A stretch of DNA of 64,000 nt, taken from the sequence record OR062947.1; one strand, 5' to 3'. Source of the DNA: Escherichia phage 348Ecol098PP. Below, in pieces: positions 1 through 8,713 of this stretch. The translations under genes and the position numbers were made by a program. Below the pieces are notes generated by a model. It was not told where the DNA came from. It saw only the letters and a program-made list of their open reading frames with translations, and made no database searches. Each line of letters begins with the position of its first letter. The stretch's first letter is position 1.

Positions 1-70
1 TAAAAAGGTTCCTGCGCCATGGTGGCACAAAGACTCTGAATACTATCAAAATCTTAAAAAGGAAAATGCA

Positions 71-382
71 TTGTTTGAAGGCAATATTACAGCAACACCA
101 GTCGGTAATGCAGAGGTTCTAGGCGCATATTCTCCAGCACAATCTGGTATGTTTAAAGGTTTGCCAAATGTGTGCAAACTGTCGGCAGTAAAACTAAATG
201 TTTCTAATGACCTTCTTCCGGCCGAAGATTATCATTACAACCAAATCAAGGCTACTGTAGACCAACTGTCCGTTGAACTTGACAAAGCACAAGCTAAGCT
301 TCGTGATGCTCAACAGGTGGTGACCAATCTCCAGTTGCAGTACTCTAAACTTTTTAACGCAATGAATGCATTAAAATCATAA
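71..382 (+). CDS. hypothetical protein; frame is open back to the window edge, so this may be the 3' part of a longer gene (TTG at 71 only a possible start)
   Basis: ORF track; no in-frame stop between nt 2 and 71; AAGGA 5 nt upstream of TTG; coiled-coil-like C-terminus. Confidence 0.4.
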   Translation: MFEGNITATPVGNAEVLGAYSPAQSGMFKGLPNVCKLSAVKLNVSNDLLPAEDYHYNQIKATVDQLSVELDKAQAKLRDAQQVVTNLQLQYSKLFNAMNALKS

Positions 383-386
383 AATA

Positions 387-416
387 GTTTACAACCAAGG
401 ATGGTTGGAGTATAAT
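387..416 (+). promoter_or_regulatory. early-type promoter, exact copy of 42228-42257
   Basis: GTTTAC-N18-TATAAT; 29 nt upstream of ORF 445. Confidence 0.55.
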
Positions 417-444
417 GAATCTATCTTAACGAGAGGAAAATATT

Positions 445-1392
445 ATGACACGTTCACATTACATTGAATACTTTGCAGGTCTTATCGCTAACGCTCACGC
501 TCAACGTGCTACTGGTGCTTGGACTGATGTTCCACATAAAGGTGTGGTTTATAGTATTCTTCGTGATTTTCTTACATACACAGGCCAAGAAAATCATATC
601 TGTAAAGATACTCAAAATGCATATTCTCATTCATTAGGGACACTGCTTCAATGGTTCAAACGTTCTCGTTTATTATCTTCTACTGTAGCTCGCGATAACA
701 TTAAAAACTTTATGAAGCCGAGCTTTATTAAATCTGTGACATCTAAAACCGATTTGGTTGAATTCACTATTGTTAATGATGTTAAAAAGACTCATTTGGC
801 TGATTGGTTATCTACCATTCCTGAAACTAAATTTGCTGATAAATTTGCTTGTGAATTCAATAACCAAGTGAATATGCTTTTTAAACATTCTCGTAAATTA
901 TTCACAGGCGGCGATGATCGTACAAATACAGTTCATGCTAAAGATTGGGTTACTGCAGTGTTCAAACCAACCGGTAATGGTACCGCATCATTATCAATTG
1001 ATATTCAGGTTCCTTATTATTACTCACGTAATCTCGGCACCATGAAAGCTGAAGAAATTAAGAAGCACAATAAAACCATTCGTTCGTTGTCTTATAAACT
1101 TCGCATGATGTTAAGAATCATGGACGTGGTAGAAATGTATGATGAAACCGAAGATAACGGTTCAATGTTATACAGTTCTCGCATTCAAATTAAGTTGAAG
1201 AACCCTAACGAGTATAAGCCTAAGCCTATTAAAGAGCCTAAAGCAGAAAAAGTTGATAACTTAAGAGAAGAACGCGAATATCTCAAATCTCGTCTGAAAG
1301 AAGTCGAAGCCCAGATTGCAGAACAAACTAAATCGTTAAAAGCTCTGAATGCGAAAGCGGATGGTTTACGAAATGCCATTGAGGTGTTATAA
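445..1392 (+). CDS. hypothetical protein, 315 aa, K/E-rich coiled-coil C-terminus
   Basis: ORF track; RBS GAGAGGAAAA upstream; early promoter 387-416 upstream. Confidence 0.7.
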   Translation: MTRSHYIEYFAGLIANAHAQRATGAWTDVPHKGVVYSILRDFLTYTGQENHICKDTQNAYSHSLGTLLQWFKRSRLLSSTVARDNIKNFMKPSFIKSVTSKTDLVEFTIVNDVKKTHLADWLSTIPETKFADKFACEFNNQVNMLFKHSRKLFTGGDDRTNTVHAKDWVTAVFKPTGNGTASLSIDIQVPYYYSRNLGTMKAEEIKKHNKTIRSLSYKLRMMLRIMDVVEMYDETEDNGSMLYSSRIQIKLKNPNEYKPKPIKEPKAEKVDNLREEREYLKSRLKEVEAQIAEQTKSLKALNAKADGLRNAIEVL

Positions 1393-1697
1393 TGAAACTA
1401 CGTCTTTTAGAGGATATTGATATGAACACTAATCACCGCTTGGTTAAGTTTATTGACGATAGTTCAAAGATTGAATTTGTTCAGCGAGATAAAATCCACG
1501 GTGAAGAAGAGTTCGTTCCTCCGGCATGGAACGAAATCATGAAAATGGTTGAACGACGTGAAAATGCTGCCAAATCGGCAGCAAAACATCCATGCCCGGA
1601 ATGTGGAACTATCCAAGTCCAACTGGTTAACTGGACCACTGATAACTTGAAATTGAAATGCCGTAAATGCTTCCACAAATTTGAGAGAACATTATAA
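1392..1697 (+). CDS. small zinc-ribbon protein (CPECG...CRKC)
   Basis: ORF track; ATGA overlap with upstream stop; four-Cys motif. Confidence 0.65.
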   Translation: MKLRLLEDIDMNTNHRLVKFIDDSSKIEFVQRDKIHGEEEFVPPAWNEIMKMVERRENAAKSAAKHPCPECGTIQVQLVNWTTDNLKLKCRKCFHKFERTL

Positions 1698-2110
1698 TGA
1701 GATATAGCCTTCGTTGTTTTATTGCAGCTTTAGTTTTTGCCATCATTCCATTCATTTGGAACAGCCAGAATACTTACATGGAAACTAAAGTAATTCCTGT
1801 GGAGGTAGTGGAATTAATCTCAGGCCAATCTACAGGAAAATATTCTAAATTAGAATTTATTGCAGTCTATAAAGATGAGCAAGGACGAGTTTTTGACAGG
1901 CGTGTATCACCGTCGTTTTATACGCTTCTGAATAAAGGTGATACGATAGCTATAGAAATTCGTGAGATGGATATCAAACAAACTACTAAAGATAACCTGA
2001 TTTGGTTCTTTGGTACGGTGTTGTTGGTTTCTATCTGTATCACAGGTTTTATTACATGTATTGTATTTGGCGTTGCATATTTAATCGATGAAAGGAAAAA
2101 TAATGTTTAA
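1697..2110 (+). CDS. membrane protein (two hydrophobic segments)
   Basis: ORF track; hydrophobic N- and C-terminal helices; translational coupling. Confidence 0.65.
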   Translation: MRYSLRCFIAALVFAIIPFIWNSQNTYMETKVIPVEVVELISGQSTGKYSKLEFIAVYKDEQGRVFDRRVSPSFYTLLNKGDTIAIEIREMDIKQTTKDNLIWFFGTVLLVSICITGFITCIVFGVAYLIDERKNNV

Positions 2111-2366
2111 AGTGTACGGGTATGACTCTACTATTCATAAATGCATTTATTGTGATAATGCGAAACGATTGCTGACTGTTAAGAAACAGCCATTCGAATT
2201 CATTAATGTTATGCCAGAAAAAGGTGTGTTCGACGATGAGAAAATTACTGAGCTTCTTGTTAAGCTTGGACGCGAATCACAAGTTGGATTGACTATGCCT
2301 CAAGTGTTTGCTCCTGACGGAAGTCACATTGGTGGATTTGATCAACTGCGAGAATATTTTAAATGA
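2103..2366 (+). CDS. nrdC: glutaredoxin/thioredoxin NrdC
   Basis: MFKVYGYDS...CIYC active site; near-identical in length and sequence pattern to T4 NrdC; ATG at 2103 chosen over ORF-track start 2088. Confidence 0.9.
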   Translation: MFKVYGYDSTIHKCIYCDNAKRLLTVKKQPFEFINVMPEKGVFDDEKITELLVKLGRESQVGLTMPQVFAPDGSHIGGFDQLREYFK

Positions 2367-2578
2367 TGCTTGAAGGAACTGATTATATCCATGACTACCG
2401 TGGAAACGCGGTATATGTAGGTGATGAAGTTGCAGTTTACTATGGGTATGGAACTTTGATGACAGCCAAGGTTATTCAAATTAAAAATAATCGTGCTAAA
2501 CTCGAAGTTTATTATTCTAATGGCGAAAAGTCTATTTCTAAATGGAAATACGGCGATTGCATTGTTAAACTGGGGTAA
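2363..2578 (+). CDS. hypothetical protein
   Basis: ORF track; ATGA overlap with nrdC stop. Confidence 0.55.
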   Translation: MMLEGTDYIHDYRGNAVYVGDEVAVYYGYGTLMTAKVIQIKNNRAKLEVYYSNGEKSISKWKYGDCIVKLG

Positions 2579-2580
2579 AT

Positions 2581-2751
2581 ATGATTTACGATATTAGTGC
2601 AGCAAGAGCTCCATCAATGGTTACTATTCCTGTTGAAGAATTAGATCGTCTTCAGAAAATTGAAGAGCTTCTTTGGGAAATTGAATCTGATTTGCCATCT
2701 GGGCTAGAATCCTGGGTTGATTATGAAGAGCTCAATAAGCTCCGCGGTTAA
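2581..2751 (+). CDS. hypothetical small acidic protein (56 aa)
   Basis: ATG at 2581 to TAA at 2749-2751, manually translated; below ORF-track size cutoff. Confidence 0.4.
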   Translation: MIYDISAARAPSMVTIPVEELDRLQKIEELLWEIESDLPSGLESWVDYEELNKLRG

Positions 2752-2879
2752 ACCATGGTATTCGGCTCGATGGGAGACGGTCGAGCCAGACGTCGAAACA
2801 GTTTACAACGACGAAGAAACGTGTTATGATGAACCTTCAATAAATGAATTAATTGATATGGAAATGGGAAGAGATTATT

Positions 2880-3050
2880 ATGCAAGTTAAATTATTATAC
2901 CGTTTATTAAAAAATGGCAAGCATGATTGGTATTTGCTTATTAAAACCGATCCGAATTTTTTCTCTGGACAACCATTTACAGTTCGTCCTACTAAACGTC
3001 AGCTTCGCAAAGCTAAACGTTCTCATCGAGACTTTTATAACGTTTACTAA
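2880..3050 (+). CDS. hypothetical small basic protein
   Basis: ATG 2880 with GGGAAGAG RBS; in frame with ORF-track ORF 2853..3050. Confidence 0.45.
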   Translation: MQVKLLYRLLKNGKHDWYLLIKTDPNFFSGQPFTVRPTKRQLRKAKRSHRDFYNVY

Positions 3051-3052
3051 AT

Positions 3053-3060
3053 TATAAATA
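3053..3060 (+). promoter_or_regulatory. late promoter core TATAAATA upstream of gene 49
   Basis: exact TATAAATA 30 nt upstream of the gene 49 ATG. Confidence 0.6.
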
Positions 3061-3083
3061 CCCTTATCTATTTAAGGTAAGGG
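3061..3083 (+). promoter_or_regulatory. RNA hairpin (CCCTTA / TAAGGG) overlapping the gene 49 Shine-Dalgarno
   Basis: 6-bp inverted repeat 3061-3066 / 3078-3083, right arm contains the AAGG RBS; late promoter would start transcription inside the left arm. Confidence 0.5.
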
Positions 3084-3089
3084 TTTATC

Positions 3090-3563
3090 ATGTTATTATC
3101 AGGCGCAAAATATAAAGAAGAAAAACAAAAATTTTATGATGCACAGAATGGTAAGTGTCCTATTTGCCACCGTGAATTAGACCCTGATGTTCAAGGTAAC
3201 CATCTTGACCACGACCATGAATTAAACGGGCCAAAAGCAGGTAGAGTTCGTGGGTTACTCTGTAATCTGTGCAATGCAGCAGAAGGTCAAATGAAGCATA
3301 AGTTCAACCGTTCCGGTCTTAAAAGACGTGATGTCGACTACCTCGAATGGCTTGAAGCTCTTCTTGCTTATTTGAAACAAGATTATTCTGATAATAATAT
3401 CCATCCTAATTTTGTTCCAGACAAAACTAAAGAGTTCTCAAGACTAGGTAAAGAGGAAATGATGTCCGAGATGCTTCAAAGAGGATTTGAATATAATGAA
3501 TCTGATACCAAAACACAATTAATAGCTTCATTCAAAAAGCAGCTTAGAAAGAGTTTAAAATGA
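3090..3563 (+). CDS. 49: endonuclease VII (Holliday junction resolvase)
   Basis: 157 aa; MLL.G..YKEEKQKFYDAQNGKC.IC.REL... HLDHDHELNGPKAG.VRGLLCNLCNAAEG matches T4 gp49 recalled from memory. Confidence 0.92.
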   Translation: MLLSGAKYKEEKQKFYDAQNGKCPICHRELDPDVQGNHLDHDHELNGPKAGRVRGLLCNLCNAAEGQMKHKFNRSGLKRRDVDYLEWLEALLAYLKQDYSDNNIHPNFVPDKTKEFSRLGKEEMMSEMLQRGFEYNESDTKTQLIASFKKQLRKSLK

Positions 3564-4381
3564 ATGTAGTATATAAACTATCATTTATTAATAGAATTAA
3601 TGCTAAAACCCCACCATATTATTACATTGGAAGTAAAACCAATTGCACTTTTGATGGAACGAATATTATTGATAAAAATGGTAAATTTTATTATTCGTCT
3701 TCGTCATCTTCCGAATTTCAAAAAGCCTTATTGAAAGAAACGCCGAAAGTTGAAATATTATATTTTCAATTAGTCGGAGATGAACAAATAACTAGCATTG
3801 AAGCTGAATTTCAAAAGAATATAGAAAAAGATGTATGGAATAAAGAGTATTTTAATTTAGCATATGCTGATGGCAAATTTACGACATATGGTATTTCTCC
3901 TTCTAAAGAAACTAGAGAAAAACAATCAATAACCATGATTAAAAGAAATCGTAATAAAGGCAAAAATCATGGATTTTATGGAAAGCATCATACTAATTTA
4001 GCCAGAAAGAAAATATCAGAAGCTTCTAAAAAATACTGGAAAGAAAATCCGCATCGTGGATTTTCGCATACAAAGGAAGCTAAAATTAAAATTGGAATTT
4101 CATCTTCTATCAGGCATAAAGGAAGTGGAAATCCGATGTATGGTGTAAAACCTTGGAAAACTCCGAACGCAATTAAATCTGGTACTTGTATATTATGGTT
4201 AAAATACGCAGAAATTTTATATGATTATTTAGGTCCAGATTTTAAAAGTAAATCATCTATTTTTGCGGATTTAAACTTACCGAAATTTAGAATTGATAAT
4301 TTCATCAAAAGGTTTAAAATGGGTTGGAACCCATATTTAGACGAAGAATTTCAAAAGGATAAATTAGAATTATGTCTTTAG
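3560..4381 (+). CDS. freestanding homing endonuclease-like protein (GIY-YIG-like N-terminus, NUMOD-like repeats)
   Basis: VYKLSF...YYIGSKTN near N-terminus; repeated GKNHGFYGKHHT / GSGNPMYGVKPW modules; sits between 49 and nrdD. Confidence 0.6.
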   Translation: MNVVYKLSFINRINAKTPPYYYIGSKTNCTFDGTNIIDKNGKFYYSSSSSSEFQKALLKETPKVEILYFQLVGDEQITSIEAEFQKNIEKDVWNKEYFNLAYADGKFTTYGISPSKETREKQSITMIKRNRNKGKNHGFYGKHHTNLARKKISEASKKYWKENPHRGFSHTKEAKIKIGISSSIRHKGSGNPMYGVKPWKTPNAIKSGTCILWLKYAEILYDYLGPDFKSKSSIFADLNLPKFRIDNFIKRFKMGWNPYLDEEFQKDKLELCL

Positions 4382-6189
4382 AGAAAGATGTTTTAAATTT
4401 TATTTCAAATAAAGATAAAGAATTAAATACCGAAAACGCCAACAAAGATTCTCGTGTCTTTCCAACAAAAAGAGATTTAATGGCCGGTATTGTTTCTAAA
4501 CATATCGCTTGTCGTATTCTTCCAAGTCATATTGTAAATGCCCATAATGTTGGATTAATTCATTTTCATGATTTAGATTACAGTATATCATTGCCTTTTA
4601 CTAATTGCTGTTTAGTAGATTTAAAAGGAATGCTTGAGAATGGATTTAAATTAGGCAATGCTCAAATTGAAACGCCTAAATCGATTGGTGTTGCTACTGC
4701 AATTATGGCACAAATTACTGCACAAGTTGCTTCTCACCAGTATGGCGGAACTACATTTGCGAATGTAGATAAAGTACTTTCTCCTTATGTTAAACGCACA
4801 TATGCAAAACATATTGAGGATGCAGAAAAATGGCAAATCGCTGATGCGTTGAATTATGCTCAATCTAAAACAGAAAAAGATGTCTATGACGCATTTCAAG
4901 CTTATGAGTATGAAGTAAATACTCTCTTTAGTTCAAACGGACAAACGCCTTTTGTAACAATTACATTTGGTACGGGAACTGACTGGACTGAACGAATGAT
5001 TCAGAAAGCAATTTTGAAAAATCGTATTAAAGGTCTTGGTCGTGATGGGATAACTCCTATTTTCCCTAAGCTTGTTATGTTCGTTGAAGAAGGTGTTAAT
5101 CTTTATAAAGATGATCCGAACTATGATATTAAACAGCTTGCTCTAGAGTGCGCAAGCAAAAGAATGTATCCTGACATTATTTCGGTTAAGAATAATAAAG
5201 CTATTATCGGTTCTTCAGTTCCTGTTTCTCCAATGGGCTGCCGTAGTTTCTTGAGTGTATGGAAAGATTCGACTGGCAATGAAATTCTTGATGGACGTAA
5301 TAATCTTGGTGTTGTAACACTGAATCTTCCTCGTATCGCATTAGATTCTTATATTGGAACCCAGTTCAATGAACAGAAATTTGTTGAATTATTCAATGAA
5401 CGAATGGATTTATGTTTTGAAGCATTGATGTGCAGAATTAGTTCCTTAAAAGGAGTTAAAGCGACTGTTGCTCCTATTCTTTACCAAGAAGGTGCATTCG
5501 GGGTTCGTCTTAAACCTGATGACGATATAATTGAGTTATTTAAAAACGGTAGAAGTTCAGTGTCTTTGGGATACATTGGTATTCACGAATTGAATATTCT
5601 TGTCGGTCGTGATATTGGACAAGAAATTTTAACTAAAATGAATGCTCATCTTAAACAGTGGACTGAAAGAACCGGATTTGCTTTTAGTTTATATTCTACT
5701 CCTGCTGAAAACCTTTGTTATCGCTTCTGTAAACTTGATACAGAAAAATATGGAAGCGTAAAAGATGTTACCGATAAAGGTTGGTACACTAACAGTTTCC
5801 ACGTTTCAGTAGAAGAAAATATTACTCCGTTTGAAAAGATTTCTCGTGAAGCGCCGTATCATTTCATTGCGACAGGCGGTCACATTTCTTATGTTGAACT
5901 TCCAGATATGAAAAACAATTTAAAGGGACTTGAGGCTGTCTGGGATTATGCTGCACAACATTTAGATTATTTTGGTGTTAATATGCCAGTAGATAAATGT
6001 TTTACATGCGGAAGTACCCATGAAATGACTCCTACTGAAAACGGATTTGTTTGTTCAGTTTGCGGAGAAACTGATCCTAAAAAGATGAACACCATAAGAA
6101 GAACATGCGGTTATTTGGGAAATCCGAACGAACGCGGATTTAATCTCGGTAAAAATAAAGAAATCATGCATAGGGTTAAACACCAATGA
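4372..6189 (+). CDS. nrdD: anaerobic ribonucleoside-triphosphate reductase NrdD (uninterrupted, no intron)
   Basis: 605 aa continuous ORF; very high similarity to T4 NrdD recalled from memory; C-terminal glycyl-radical region RRTCGYLG. Confidence 0.95.
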   Translation: MSLEKDVLNFISNKDKELNTENANKDSRVFPTKRDLMAGIVSKHIACRILPSHIVNAHNVGLIHFHDLDYSISLPFTNCCLVDLKGMLENGFKLGNAQIETPKSIGVATAIMAQITAQVASHQYGGTTFANVDKVLSPYVKRTYAKHIEDAEKWQIADALNYAQSKTEKDVYDAFQAYEYEVNTLFSSNGQTPFVTITFGTGTDWTERMIQKAILKNRIKGLGRDGITPIFPKLVMFVEEGVNLYKDDPNYDIKQLALECASKRMYPDIISVKNNKAIIGSSVPVSPMGCRSFLSVWKDSTGNEILDGRNNLGVVTLNLPRIALDSYIGTQFNEQKFVELFNERMDLCFEALMCRISSLKGVKATVAPILYQEGAFGVRLKPDDDIIELFKNGRSSVSLGYIGIHELNILVGRDIGQEILTKMNAHLKQWTERTGFAFSLYSTPAENLCYRFCKLDTEKYGSVKDVTDKGWYTNSFHVSVEENITPFEKISREAPYHFIATGGHISYVELPDMKNNLKGLEAVWDYAAQHLDYFGVNMPVDKCFTCGSTHEMTPTENGFVCSVCGETDPKKMNTIRRTCGYLGNPNERGFNLGKNKEIMHRVKHQ

Positions 6190-6656
6190 ATTATGATAGA
6201 TTTTATCCTTGCGATTTTGTGAATGGCCCTGGTTGCAGGGTCGTTCTTTTCGTTACAGGTTGTTTGCATAAATGCGAAGGGTGTTATAATAAATCAACAT
6301 GGAATGCTAGAAATGGTATTCCATTCACCGGAGAGACACTAGAACAATTAATTGAATGTTTGAATAATGATTATATAGAAGGATTGACTATAACCGGAGG
6401 TGACCCTCTCTATCCTGACAACCGAGATGTTGTTCATTGCATCGTTCAAACAGTAAAAAATCTTTATCCCAATAAAAGCATTTGGTTGTGGACAGGATAT
6501 AAGTTTGAAGATATTAAACAACTAGAAATGCTTAAATATGTTGATGTTATTATTGATGGGAAGTATGAGAAAAATCTTCCGACTAAAAAGCTGTGGCGAG
6601 GATCAGATAATCAGCGACTTTGGTCAAATACCGATGGGGTGTGGAAACATGATTAA
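6186..6656 (+). CDS. nrdG: anaerobic RNR activating protein NrdG (radical SAM)
   Basis: 156 aa; Cys cluster CLHKCEGC; ATGA coupling to nrdD. Confidence 0.9.
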   Translation: MNYDRFYPCDFVNGPGCRVVLFVTGCLHKCEGCYNKSTWNARNGIPFTGETLEQLIECLNNDYIEGLTITGGDPLYPDNRDVVHCIVQTVKNLYPNKSIWLWTGYKFEDIKQLEMLKYVDVIIDGKYEKNLPTKKLWRGSDNQRLWSNTDGVWKHD

Positions 6657-6770
6657 ATTGAATTACATTATGGATACTATAAATGATATGATTTTTCGTT
6701 TTGGCCCAGAATTTTATTCGCAGTATAGTTTGGTGTTTATCAATGTTTGGTTAATCAATTAAGGGTAAAT

Positions 6771-6986
6771 ATGTATAAATTTCGTAAAGGTTTAGCTGAT
6801 TTTCTTACAACTGTAACGTTCTTTTTGTTTATGGCAGTTGGAGCTATTTTTCTTATTCCTTTTACTGTTGTATTTTTCGTGATTAGTTTAATTTCTCCGG
6901 AAAAGGGATTATCCTCCAGCGAATTCAATGAACGTTTGGACAAAATTACTAATAAACTGAATTCTGTTCTTGATAAAAAGGCTTAA
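6771..6986 (+). CDS. small membrane protein
   Basis: ATG 6771 with AAGGG RBS; hydrophobic stretch FLTTVTFFLFMAVGAIFLIPFTVVFFVISLI. Confidence 0.55.
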   Translation: MYKFRKGLADFLTTVTFFLFMAVGAIFLIPFTVVFFVISLISPEKGLSSSEFNERLDKITNKLNSVLDKKA

Positions 6987-6988
6987 TT

Positions 6989-7306
6989 ATGATTAGTTTT
7001 GAGCGGTATGTGGTAGAGAGTTGGAAAGGTTTTGATATGTTCGGTAATGACTATTATTTCTATGAATGTAGTCTAAATCCTAGTTTTTGGGCTGGACGTG
7101 AACGAGATTTCGAAGAAATTAATGCTCGTGCCGAATTGTTAGGTGAACTGCCTACGGTTTATTTTACCTTTGATGAATCTGGATTTGTTATCCAGGTTTA
7201 TTTTCCTGAAGAAAACTCCGGTGAGGATTCTGTTAATCCTCCTTATTGGGCTTACCAAGGAATTATTTCTCGTGGAACAAAACTCGAACTTAAAGAACAA
7301 GATTGA
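6989..7306 (+). CDS. hypothetical protein
   Basis: ORF track; RBS AAAAGG upstream. Confidence 0.55.
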   Translation: MISFERYVVESWKGFDMFGNDYYFYECSLNPSFWAGRERDFEEINARAELLGELPTVYFTFDESGFVIQVYFPEENSGEDSVNPPYWAYQGIISRGTKLELKEQD

Positions 7307-7595
7307 AATTTATGGCATCCCTGAAGAAGTAGGACGTTGTCCGGGATGTTATACTGTTACAAAACTTTTAAAGGAGCTCAATGCTCCTTATACATTTTAT
7401 AAAGTCCTCACTAATAATGGTAAGATTGAATATGACCGTCCTTTAATCGTATCTCTTGCTAAACGTGCAGGATTCACTTCACTTAATATTCGTTATCCTG
7501 TCATATTTTTAAATGATAAGAAACAAAAGAATATTGCAGAGTTTAAAAAGTCCTTGATTTCATTAGGATATGACTCTGATATCATAGAAGATTGA
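7272..7595 (+). CDS. nrdH: glutaredoxin-like protein (CPGC active site); start codon uncertain, no in-frame ATG (GTG 7272 proposed)
   Basis: IEIYGIPEEVGRCPGCYTVTKLL redox motif; ORF-track N-terminal extension (7143-) overlaps the upstream ORF and looks non-coding. Confidence 0.5.
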   Translation: MEQNSNLKNKIEIYGIPEEVGRCPGCYTVTKLLKELNAPYTFYKVLTNNGKIEYDRPLIVSLAKRAGFTSLNIRYPVIFLNDKKQKNIAEFKKSLISLGYDSDIIED

Positions 7596-7615
7596 CCAGG
7601 CGGCGCCTGGTCAAT
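7591..7615 (+). terminator. strong perfect hairpin (11-bp stem) after glutaredoxin gene; no T-run
   Basis: ATTGACCAGGCG-G-CGCCTGGTCAAT palindrome. Confidence 0.4.
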
Positions 7616-7704
7616 CTTCATCTCATTTCTAATATAATCCATTGGAATCTTCACTTCACTATCTCCTTGTGCCCCTCTCAAATCGAAAATATTTTCATAA
7701 AACA

Positions 7705-7732
7705 GTTTACATCCTCAATAGATGTGTTAAGA
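7705..7732 (+). promoter_or_regulatory. T4 early-type promoter (GTTTAC -35, TAAGAT -10)
   Basis: GTTTAC at 7705-7710, 16-nt spacer, TAAGAT; 30 nt upstream of ORF 7762. Confidence 0.4.
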
Positions 7733-7761
7733 TTAAACCATCTACTATAGAGGAAAATAAA

Positions 7762-8010
7762 ATGATTAGTTTAGATTCAAAGAAAGTTGTTCTAACTCTT
7801 AATGTAAATAACGAACGTCTGATATTCATTACCATTTCCGATTTGAACGTTGAAATTGCTAATGGCGTCCGTACTTATCAAACGTCTAAAACACATTGGG
7901 ACTATATCCCAATGTTGACGCTTACTCAGCGTTTAGAATCAATCGGTCTTAAAGACCTTTCAGTAAGTGAAGTGAATTTTATCAAACGCATTGTATCAAT
8001 CAACCTCTGA
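7762..8010 (+). CDS. hypothetical protein
   Basis: ATG 7762 with AGAGGAAAA RBS; in frame with ORF-track 7642..8010. Confidence 0.55.
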   Translation: MISLDSKKVVLTLNVNNERLIFITISDLNVEIANGVRTYQTSKTHWDYIPMLTLTQRLESIGLKDLSVSEVNFIKRIVSINL

Positions 8011-8017
8011 GGTACTT

Positions 8018-8311
8018 ATGGGTAAAACGTATCGTCGTAAAGATTTGAAAGTTCGTGATTACGACTATTTTGGTAAACGTAAAGCTCCTGACGGTGTTAG
8101 CCACAGAGACATGGTTGAAAACATTTTCCGCTCAGATAAATGGAAACGTATGAAAGGCGTTGATTCCGAAGTCAAGAATGAAATGAATCGACAACTTCGA
8201 AAAGAAGTTCGTAAGTTGAAAAAAGATGTTTACAGTAAAGAAGATTATGATTATAATACTTCTCATACTGAAGCCAAACGTAAAGCTAACGAATGTTATC
8301 GTTACAGTTGA
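8018..8311 (+). CDS. highly basic K/R-rich protein
   Basis: ATG 8018 with GAGG RBS; composition. Confidence 0.55.
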   Translation: MGKTYRRKDLKVRDYDYFGKRKAPDGVSHRDMVENIFRSDKWKRMKGVDSEVKNEMNRQLRKEVRKLKKDVYSKEDYDYNTSHTEAKRKANECYRYS

Positions 8312-8318
8312 GGAAATT

Positions 8319-8453
8319 ATGAATATCAAACGAATGCTTTTTAAGCAGGGATTATATACTTTAAATGCTAATCTAAAGGGTGATACAACTAAATGGTCTG
8401 TAAATGACTGGATTAAGTTCATCGACGAAAACGCGGCGTGGAACACAAAATGA
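8319..8453 (+). CDS. hypothetical small protein
   Basis: ATG 8319 with GAGGAAA RBS. Confidence 0.4.
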   Translation: MNIKRMLFKQGLYTLNANLKGDTTKWSVNDWIKFIDENAAWNTK

Positions 8454-8650
8454 ATCCTGAAAATATTGTGTCATGGCAACTTCGTGAAGAACGTGCCGAA
8501 TTCTTTGCCAATATGAAACTCAACGGTGTTGATGATGAAGACTTTTTACGTTGGTTCTGGATTTACAAATACAAAGAATGCCAGCACGCTGTACTACTGA
8601 CTTGCGCAGTTATGTACGAAGGCTGGAAAGGCGCTAAAAAGTTCGGTTAA
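8450..8650 (+). CDS. hypothetical protein
   Basis: ATGA overlap with upstream stop; ORF track frame. Confidence 0.5.
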   Translation: MNPENIVSWQLREERAEFFANMKLNGVDDEDFLRWFWIYKYKECQHAVLLTCAVMYEGWKGAKKFG

Positions 8651-8659
8651 TAATGTACA

Positions 8660-8693
8660 ACGATAGGAAGACATGTTATTATCTTCCTATCGT
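8660..8693 (+). terminator. 12-bp stem hairpin after ORF 8450..8650
   Basis: ACGATAGGAAGA ... TCTTCCTATCGT inverted repeat. Confidence 0.4.
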
Positions 8694-8713
8694 CTTAAAA
8701 TGAGGAAAATATC

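Noticed and set aside
4651-4899. 82-aa minus-strand ORF inside nrdD
   Set aside because: Antisense to a highly conserved gene, no RBS, Cys/Phe-rich composition typical of out-of-frame reading; spurious.
4372-6189. Group I intron in nrdD (present in T4)
   Set aside because: The nrdD reading frame is continuous for 605 codons; no intron.
7143-7306. N-terminal extension of ORF-track ORF 7143..7595
   Set aside because: The first 50 codons overlap ORF 6989..7306 in another frame and translate to low-complexity hydrophobic sequence; only the glutaredoxin core from about 7272 looks real.
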